DNA of 64,000 nucleotides from Nageia nagi (taxonomy: Eukaryota; Plantae; Pinophyta). The position numbers and the translations under genes are program-made. Positions 54,693 through 64,000 of the stretch are shown piece by piece. The notes below the pieces were generated by a model, which was given only the letters and a program-made list of their open reading frames with translations, was not told where the DNA came from and made no database searches. Position 1 is the stretch's first letter, and every line of letters begins with the position of its first letter. Where the stretch lies: the NCBI GenBank assembly GCA_050084985.1, contig JBITNC010000001.1, positions 15,934,001-15,998,000 of the forward strand, in the 5' to 3' direction.

Positions 54693-56708
54693 TGATATAG
54701 ATTTCCTACAAGAGACCAAAACATATCTCCAAAATTGATTCACAACACACAAGTAAATCAATGGAAGAATAAAATTCAAATTAAGAAATCTTTATTCTTT
54801 TGAATCTACACTCCTCCCTCAAAAGGATTACAATAATATTTTATAAAGCATCTCTTTCTTTCTTTTTTAATTTTAAAATCATAAAATATAGCTTAGATGA
54901 GACCCAAAATGGAGCCATGCATCCATTACTCAATACATGCAATTATTCTAAAAATAGAACTTAAAGATAGAACTAAAAGTAAAAGTGAAATTTAAACTAT
55001 ACAAAAAATGTTTTAGGCTTCAAAATTATCTCCCATGGGAGATGTTACAATCTTGTATATATTTAAATTCTACATGATTTTTTTTTAAAGGGTTTGAAAT
55101 GATACTTGTATCAAAATTTATGTCCTTTGGAAGTTGGGGTATTAATCTGCTGCATAAAGAAAGTGTAACTCGATATTGTAGGTGCATCATTCTCCTTTGG
55201 TTGAAAATAACTCAGCCCCTAAGTTTTGATAATCTTAGAAATTGAAAATACCCAAAAAGCCCTTCATTTTAAATATTCTTCTTTTCCAATTGGTCTTTGT
55301 ACTCTTCTCTCTACATCTTGGATTCTGGAATCCACTTATGATCCTCCTCCTTTGTTGAGCTTCTATCTTTCTCCATCTTTGCCATCCTTTGGAAAAATTA
55401 TTTATCTATTCCCATGAAATAAAATTATCCCAAAACTATGTTTAACTCTCATATTCCTCATCAAAAGCTTGTTGGTCAAAAAACTCATCATACTTTTGAG
55501 CATCATAATGATTATCCATGTGCTCCACTGCTAGTTTTAGAAGAAACTATATTTCTTCTTCTTCCTTGGCCTCCATTTCTAAATCAAATAACTCCAACAC
55601 CTTAACTAAAATGACATTTTCATATCTTGATTTAGTCTCCAATATCTCTTTAAAAAATTTATCCATCTCTATGGCTTCTTCTATTAGCTCCATAACTACA
55701 GAAGATAATTCTATAGCTTTAATTGAATTAACAACCTCATATTTGATTTTAGCTTGCATGATATTCTCTGAGATCTTGTTTGTTTGTTGTATATATTCAA
55801 TGCCTTATTCCTACTTAGGCATACTCCTAATCACCAACTCAAAACTCTCAGCTACAACCATATGCTTCTCTGCAACTATATAATGGTAAGGGTTCTCAAA
55901 ACCCTTTTCTTTTTCAACCAAGATTAACTCTATTAATCTCAAATTCCTCTCTCTCCATGGGAATTTTATCTTCTTCATACTCATAATACAAGGTGTCAAC
56001 CAAGCTCTTCTTTGACTCTCATTAGCCTTAAGGTAACTAGCCTTGGAGCACAAAAGTTTTGCCTCCTCCATGAGATGTCTGCATTCAAACTTTATACTCC
56101 TCAGAGTATCTTTTGATTGCAATTGTTCATGTTGCTTCTTTATTTGCTTCCCTTCCATGGTGATCCAAATCTAATCTTCTATCCAACAAGATCAACTAAC
56201 TCTGATACCAGATGATGTAGATTCCTGCAAGAGACCAAAATAGATCTCCAAATTGATTCACAACACACAAGTAAATCAATGGAATAATAAAATTCAAATT
56301 AAGAAATATTTATTCTTCTAAATCTACACTCCTCTTTCAAAAGGATTACAATAAGCTTTTATAAAGCATCTCTTTATTTTCTCTAATTTTAAAAAAGCCT
56401 AAAGTATAGCTTAGATGAAGCCCAAAATGGAGCAATGCATCCATTACTCAGTACATGCAATTATTCTGAAAATAGAACTTAAAGATAGAACTAAAAGTAA
56501 AAGCAAAATTTGGGATGTATGAAAAATGTTTTAGACTTTGAAATTATCTCCCATGGGAGATGTTACAATCTTGTAGATTTTTAAATTCTACACAATTTAA
56601 AATAAAAAGGGCTTAACATGATATTTGTATCAAAATTTATGCCCTTTCGAAGTTGGGATATTAATCTACTGCATAAAGAAAGTGTAACTTAGTATTGCAG
56701 GTGCATCA
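54693..56708 (-). mobile_element. TRIM/LARD-like non-autonomous LTR element (2016 bp; LTRs 54693-55189 and 56213-56708)
   Basis: TGAT..ATCA LTRs of ~497 bp; perfect TSD TTGGA; PBS TGGTATCAGAGTT; purine tract CCAAAGGAGAA. Confidence 0.92.
55400..56158 (-). pseudogene. Uncharacterised helical/coiled-coil-like ORF filling the TRIM interior
   Basis: ORFs 55811-56158 and 55547-55759 are in the same frame, separated only by stops. Rich in E/K/I/L; no gag or pol motifs recognised. Confidence 0.55.
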
Positions 56709-59700
56709 TTGGAATCCTATTTAAGATGTAGATTATTTTCCTCACTAAATTAGCCTAGTACATATTAGTTAACTACTTTCTTTGTAGCATGTACCTTGCC
56801 ATTTTTCCTCTTCTCCATACCATTTTGTTGTGGAGTATAGGTAGTTGTGAGTTACCTCTTTATTCCATAATCTTTACAATATTGGAGGAATTCATTGGAG
56901 CAAAACTCTCCTCCTCTATTAGTCCTTAAACATTTAACAAGACATTCAATTTGTTTTTCCACATGGGCTTTAAACTCCTTAAAACATTAAAAGGCCTCAT
57001 CTTTGGATGTTAGCAAATAACTCCAATACTTCCTTGTGTAATTATCTATGAAAGTGAGAAAGTAGGAGTTCTTACCCAAGCTTTATGTTTGCATGGGTAC
57101 ACAAATATCATAGTGCACCAATTGGATGGGATAAGAAGCTCTCCAATCTTAGCCTTTTGGAAACTTCATTCATGAGTGCTTTCCCAAAGCACATCCTTCA
57201 CACACATTATCTTATTCAATCTTGGGCATCCCATTGGCCATTTGTTGAGATGTCAACAATATCAAACTTTGGTAACTTAAATGTCCATATCTCGTATGCC
57301 AAAACCAATTCTTATTCTCAACTGCTACATTTTCTAGTTGGCACAATCTCCTCTAAATTTGAGTGGAAACAATATATTTTTGGTCATTAGGACCATTGTG
57401 AACAACCTATGAACATTATTCTTATCATATATTAAGAAATTTCCATCTTCAAATACAAGTTTATAGTTCCTTTCCATTATTTATCACACACTTAGCAAAT
57501 TATGTTTGATATTAAGAATGTAGTAGATCTTATGTATCTTCCTAGTGCCCCCTTTGGTGCTAAAGTCCATGGCTCCCATGACTTTAACATTCAGTGCATT
57601 ATCATATCTTATCTTTATATTAGACTTGAAAGAGTTTTCCATTTAAGTCAAATAACTCCCCTTTACCAGTCATGTGATTATAGGCACTAGTATCTAGAAT
57701 CTAATTTTCATTGAGATTCTAATTAGTCTTCCCATAAGAAAAAAAAATTGAGGATCCATTCTCATATCCATAATGGGTTTCACTTCCACCTTCTTGAGAA
57801 ACCTTTGTTCTACACTCCCTCTCATAGTGTCCAAATTTATTACAATAGTAGCATTGTTTGTTTTGCTTATCTTCCCCTCTAATTGAACCATCTCTACCTC
57901 TTCCTCTTCCTTAGGAAAATCCTCTCCTTCCTCTTCCTCTTCCTCTTGAAGATGATGGATCTATCCCTTAGACTATTCCTTGTGCATTAGTAGCTTCAAC
58001 CTTCTCTATTGCAATGGCCTTTTCTTCATTAACATCTACATATGATGGTGTGGAATCTTTAAGTCTCTCTTCATGGGACATCAAGGATCTCATGAGTTAA
58101 TCATAAGTAAGAGTTGAAAGATCTTTTGACTCTTAAATTATGATTACCACATGGTTTCACTTGGGAGGAAGTGTCCTCAACACTTTCTTCACCATAACCT
58201 CATTTAGAATCTCCTCTCTAAGGTTCTTCATCTTGTCCACAAATGCTTTGACTCTCACATAGTAATCTCCCATAATCTCATCACCTTGCATCTTGAGATT
58301 CTCAAAATCTCTCTTGAGGGTTTACAACCTCACTTTCTTTACTTGAATCTACCTTGATATCCATATTTGAGTGATAAGCTTGCAAATTATAAAGTGCAAA
58401 GGAGTTCTTCTTCTGAGCCTCCTTCTTAGTAGTCTTATCATTAGGTTGGAGAGTGTTCCAGTTTTTTGGATCATTGTATCCTTCCTCAACAATATCCCAT
58501 ATCCTTCATTTTGATATACAAGTACTCATAATCTTCTCCATGGAACTCTAAGATGGGTAAAGTATTGTTGTTTGCAACCATTTTACAATGCTCAACACAA
58601 CAAAAAAACTTGGGCCTTACTCAACCTTTGCAAGAGTTTCTCTAAAGTCTTGCAACCACCCATAAGCTATTGTCTAACACATTAAAATTCAAACCTTGCT
58701 ATAATACCACAATGATACATAAAATATTACTTTCACTTATTAAAAATGAAATCTTTACATACATATATAGGATTTGGAAAATCCTATATATAGACTCAAC
58801 TAAAAATATACTCAAGTTAGATAAACTCAGCTTGTTATAATCCAATCCAAAAAGCTAACTAGAATAGAAGTTTGGATCCTAAAGAAAATTATCCTAATAT
58901 AGATGACATCACCCATGCAACTCATAGAATCAAAAAAGCTAATCTAAGACTCAAAATTAAAAAAAGTGAACTGTTAAATATGGACGTGCATCCTCTACTT
59001 TTAGGGAAACCAAGTTTCCAACAAGTGCAATACTAAACCCTTTTGGGACAACCATTTGACAAAGATATTCTATAATGCAACATGATTGATGTAAAATATT
59101 TCCAAGCCTTCTAAATTGACATAATCAATTATTCATTACCACTTAGTACCTTTTCCAAGATTAATGTTTTCCTTCATTATTTGGCATGACAGGTTTAAAT
59201 GTCATGCCTATGTTTTTCTTCTACCATAATAATTTCTATTAGAATATCTACATATATTATATACCAACATTATATTATAAGAATCCCTTAATGGAAATTT
59301 AACCTCAGATTCTTAATATTGAATGCCCTCTAAATCTGAAATGAGCAATAGAAATTTAAAAGCTTGCCTTTCTAAACATAAGTGCATGATCTTCTATTTT
59401 ATTGAACTATATTTATGTCTTAAGCTATAATCAAATATCACATTATTAAAAGAATTTTTATATACTTCATAAATAAAAATAACCTTTTATTTCATTAATC
59501 AAACATAACATTAATCTATACAAATCAAAGGTATATTTTCATATCTCAACATTACACATAACCACATAATTCATAAATCAAATATCCTTACCCATTTAGA
59601 CTAAAAGTGTCCTTATATTGAAACTAAATGTCCTTATATTCCATAACTTAAAATATTATCTACTAAATGAAACAAAGTATTCTTACATACTCATTAAATC

Positions 59701-60654
59701 AAATGCCAATTTTTTCATATATCAATTTTTTTTTCTTTATTAAATTGAACATATCCTTATTTTTGCAAAGCAAAAGTACTCTTTCATGCTTCATTAAACT
59801 AAATGTCCATAAATATCATAATTCCCTAGATCCTTTTATCTCAAAAATTAAACATATTTGTATCTATGTAAACTAAAACCACTCTTACTACCATATGAAA
59901 TGTATCAATTCTAATACTAAAATTCTCAACCAACCTTTTAAAATATAATATCTAGTTTATAATAATCTCAAATTATACTATCATGAATAAAATTTACCTC
60001 CTTGGAGAAACATAAATGAAGTATTCCCCCGTAGCATATAAAGAGAATGATTTTAATAACTTTTTTTTTTCAAGAAAATACAACTTTAAGTATTATTAAT
60101 TGAAAAAGATTTTACAACAAAAAAGTGGCAGTGGACTAAATCAGACATTAGTTGGTTTCACACTAGCCCTAATCATGAGTTAGGAATCCAAAAATAGAAC
60201 AATAGTAATGTGAAATAAAATACTAAAAAATGGGCCCCAAGACACATATCGATACCACCCATATGCATTTAGAGAGGGTCATGGGGGGATCTCTCGTTAT
60301 AATCCACCATGTGCTCCCAATTATTATATGTAAAAATGCATATGTCTCATTCATCATTAGCATGGGAATGTCAAGATATTATGGTTGATTCCCACCTTAA
60401 GTAGTATGTTGTACAAGAGAGGGTGGGCATGACCATTCATTATGAGCATGCACCAAATTATTGCATGGAGCATTTCAACCAAGCATTCCTCTAGATGGTA
60501 CCAATAGCATGTTTGCCTTGCTTGATTAGTAGGATGTACTGACACCAACATCATCTAACCTTTTTGGGACCGATGGAAACTGAGTTCGATGGTGATTATT
60601 TGGTTGTGAGTGAACACTCAATGAAAGGAAATGGAATGAACGAGACTGGTCTAG

Positions 60655-60746
60655 AGCTACTGATAAACAACAAATCATTTCCCTAATATTTTTATGATGA
60701 GTGGTCTAGAGCTACTGATAAAGCACAAATCATTGCCCTAATATTC
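60655..60746. repeat. Short direct duplication (~45 bp units, starting near 60646 and 60702)
   Basis: tggtctagagctactgataaacaacaaatcatttccctaatatt versus tggtctagagctactgataaagcacaaatcattgccctaatatt. Confidence 0.75.
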
Positions 60747-60959
60747 CAAACGGGACTATAGGTGTTGAAACTCCGTAGCCACTTTTTTTTCTTGGTTGCA
60801 AATCTATAACCACACATCATAAAATATTTTCAATTTATCAACAAGTGAGAAATCCAAATATGGAACTACTTGCTTGAATAAAATTTTATTTCTAGCTTTA
60901 GATATATGAAAGAGAAAGCCTATTTTTAAAATTTGCCACACTTATAATAAAGGTAAATT

Positions 60960-62225
60960 GAGGATAAAAGAGTCCCCAAGTAAAGAATGTTACTAGGGGA
61001 AGAGAGTTGACATGAATGGGGTAAAAAAGGAGTCAATCCACTCCCAAGAAACCCTTACCCATTTGTAGAGCCAAAAAATATGTGCAGTAGTATTTGAGTC
61101 ATCACAAAAAGGACATATCATGTTAGGATTTCCCTAGTGATGAAACCTAGATCCTAGAGGGATACTCTGATATAAAAGGATCCATGTAAAAAAAAAGCTT
61201 TATGTAAGAGGCCTAGGCTGAAATAAATATGAATTTCCATGTGGAGTAGGAAGATACCAAATCCCATTTGACATTGAGTTGAGGAACAATGGTGAATGTT
61301 GGGGAAAGCCAAGCACAACCAATTTCAACCTTATAATTGATCAAAGGAATATAATTGTTGAGTGAGAAATCCTTATCTTACCAACCAATGAAAACCAATA
61401 GCTTCAATGTGAAAGTTGTTGAGTAAGAATACAATTGAAGAATCCTAGAAGAGCATTTATAGAATGAATGAAATGTTGACCAAATCCAACATGGAGAGAA
61501 TAAAAAACCACTAAATTCTATCATATTTTTCAAACTCCAATTTTATGAAAAGGCAAGGTTGGTTAGACATTTGATCCCATTCCATACCCTCCCAAACTAC
61601 TAAGACATTGTACATAATGTACCTATTTTGTGTGAACCCAATCTAGTCTGGAATGAAAATTAATGATAATAGAGGTCAAAGTCGTAAAGCTAAAGCTTTG
61701 GCTATGATTTTGTAACTTACATTCAATAGAGTAATCGGCCTTAAGTGACCTGATGATCTCATAATGTCCTTATTTTGGGATATATTTGATATTACTTATA
61801 TTGATGAAAGTTCTAAGTCAACCGATATGTAAAGCTTCAAATTATACTTGGTATAGATCATAGCCCTTAAAATCTCGAACAAAGTGTTGTAAAATTCATA
61901 ATGGAAACCATGAAGTCCAACTGCCTTGGCATATACCATTTGAGATAGAGCATCAACCAAGTCTTGGACTGAGAGGAGCTTGTCATAATACACTCATTGA
62001 GAGGGAGAGAAATAAATGGGGATGACATCTTTATAGTGTTGAAGAGATTGCTCCCTTTCATGCATGTAAGGTTGGGAAACAAAAACTTGAGTGTAGTGTA
62101 TGGTGAAAGCAACAACAATCTTATGTAAAATATCAACCCTTACTTCCTCATCCATAATGGATTAGAATTGTGTGGATTTCCTAGGTGGGCAAAGCTTTTA
62201 GAAGAATTCCTTGGAGACTCTAGTT
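60960..62225 (-). mobile_element. L1 LINE ORF2 fragment, same family as 6599-11570
   Basis: LSVQDLVDALSQMVYAKAVGLHGFHYEFY; colinear with ~7500-8420; zf-RVT-like WILLYQSI and CPFCDDSNTTAHIFW at ~61065-61190. Confidence 0.8.
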
Positions 62226-62429
62226 ATTGATTATTGCTCCATTGTTTCTTCTATGCTTCATGGCTATTTAGTTGAACCCAAAATTGATATTGGGGATATT
62301 AGTTAGCTCTTATGATTGAGATAATGTGTTTATGCCTCTATTATGTATATCAACTTTTAAGAGCATGGATTAATCTTACCAAGGTTATTGTCAATGTTTG
62401 AGCTGAACTAGATTCAATGTTTATGTAGT

Positions 62430-64000
62430 CAATCTATTGAGATTCTACACTTTGCTCAAATCTATACGTACCAATGCAAACATACAAGGGGAAAATTCAT
62501 ATTTGTATAAGACACAACAAGACATCAAGTAGAGTTAATCATGCTTCAAAATTCTGCAAATTCCAAAAAAAGGGAATCATATTAAACTTTACATCGCATA
62601 ACGATAGCCATTTTGAGATATCTATGCAGAAATTGAGAATAAAACTCAAGATATGTATACATGTGGGGATTCGTAACAAGAGTACAAAGAAATAATCTTA
62701 ATCGTCCAAATGTAACAAATTAGGAGAAGGATGACAACAATGTCCAAGGAATTAAATGACCTTGTATGAAGCATTATCAACTTAGGAACTTTAAAAACAA
62801 GAAGAGAACACTAACGTTAGACACACTAACTAACCTAGCAATCTTAACATAGGTATACTCTAACACCCACCCCCCCCTTAAGTGATGCTAGGAGGGAGTG
62901 TGGAAAATACCCAAAAAATAGAAAAGTGGTAAGTTCCACAAATATGAGTCATGACAACAAGGCCTTATAAGGTACTCATATACAATAGCTACCAAAAAAG
63001 TTGTACAACTATGCTAAAGATGATGGAAAACCACATGGGAAAAAACCATCTGTTAGTAGAGGAAAGAAGGTGGATAAATTTTGTCATCCCAAGCAAGATA
63101 TAAGAAATCATGATCATTGAATCAAGTATAGAGATGCTATAGAGATTGATGACAATGAATAACCACAAATCAAGAAATGCAAAACCTCCAAATAAGTTAG
63201 GATCAAAGAGCTACAAATATGCATAAGTGAGCTAAACAACAGTACTCGATCAACAACAACAAAGAGAGTCCCTCAACATGAAATTAGGGCATGAATTTTT
63301 CTTTGAAGAGTTCATCGATGATGCAGATTACACACTAAAAGGTACCAACTACTTATAACAAGGATCCATGAATAAGGTTGCTTCAACAAGAAATTCCTAC
63401 AAGCAAATACTAAAGTACATAAAAAACTCGACCATCAAAATCTTCACAATGAAGACCAAATAGCAAGTGCCAAGGAAGAGTGCCATGAGATTGTATATGT
63501 TAGATCCAATCCTAGAGGACCTCAAAAAAGCCATGAAACTAAGTTATTTATACTGGTGTTGATAATGCTCACTATAATACTAAAGACATCACAAAGCCTC
63601 CAATGGAGATAAAACTCCAAAAGTGAACTAGATCTAGCCACTAGTAGATCCGATACAGAAAGCTTCAAAGAAAGATTGAAGAGATCAACCAAGGAAGCAT
63701 TAAAAAAGATGTAGATGATAATCCACCCTTAATGTGATGAGGAGAGATGATAAGTCAAAGAGTCTATATAACAAGATCCAACATGAGGCAACACGAGATG
63801 ATGTAATAGGAAGTATTGAAGGATCCCCCATAATGAACTGCAATACGATGGGTTGATAACAAGGTCCAAAATAGAATGGATAATATATCAACAACCAAGG
63901 GTATAATAGACAAGGTTATACAACAACCACTATCAAAAAAGGCTTATAAAGAGCAATCTGAGAATGAGGATCTTCAAAACCATCAAGTCAACATCGAAGA
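62430..64000 (-). mobile_element. 3' end of an LTR retrotransposon (3' LTR ending at 62865, PPT, long 3' non-coding region)
   Basis: Minus strand CACTTAAGGGGGGGGTGGG followed at once by TGTTAGAG. The far LTR boundary is uncertain. Confidence 0.6.

Larger units (their letters stand above)
35085..59023 (-). mobile_element. Ty1/Copia, same family as 16205-21324, interrupted by a CACTA and a TRIM-like element (LTRs 35085-35393 and 58713-59023)
   Basis: ~310 bp direct repeats; PPT next to 35393; degenerate PBS at 58696-58709; TSD AGTAT/AGTGC. Pol pieces at 35400-36471, 53651-54692 and 56709-58600. Removing the CACTA restores ALYGLKQAPRAWY. Confidence 0.9.

Noticed and set aside
55518-55883. Ser-rich 121-aa plus-strand ORF
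   Set aside because: It is antisense to the E/K-rich frame that runs in the element's sense orientation.
59024-60000. Older Copia remnant hosting the 35085-59023 element (with LTR-like GTGGAAAACCC..GGGAAAAAAACCAC at ~34910)
   Set aside because: Plausible but too decayed to define boundaries or reliable protein motifs.
60640-60780. CRISPR array or hammerhead ribozyme
   Set aside because: Only two repeat units in a eukaryotic TE context, and no intact CTGANGA core with matching helices.

Overview
This AT-rich, strongly CpG-depleted window is eukaryotic and looks like plant DNA. The element families suggest a large-genome gymnosperm, which is an inference. It contains no intact host gene and is a nest of decayed transposons. 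From left to right: (1) a Tat/Ogre-type Gypsy 5' end with a tRNA-Trp-like PBS; (2) an L1 LINE carrying a solo LTR; (3) a chromovirus 3' end; (4) an old Gypsy gag-protease fragment split by a chromovirus with ~4.6-4.7 kb LTRs, which itself hosts a full Copia, a gag-only Copia and a solo LTR; (5) a second Copia of the same family (35085-59023) interrupted by a complete 17.2 kb CACTA transposon (36472-53650, TIRs, GAG TSD) and a 2 kb TRIM-like element; (6) a second LINE fragment and a further LTR element end. The main finding is inside the CACTA. Upstream of its Tnp2 transposase lies a decayed exon encoding a CxCxxC motif in frame with a recognisable SET (lysine methyltransferase-type) domain. 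The CACTA also has a divergently oriented TnpA-like gene and two degenerate telomeric/telobox arrays between the two transcription units. Two other inserts carry non-canonical ORFs: a poly(A)/TSD-bounded retroposon and the TRIM-like element. All translations were done by eye, without database searches.
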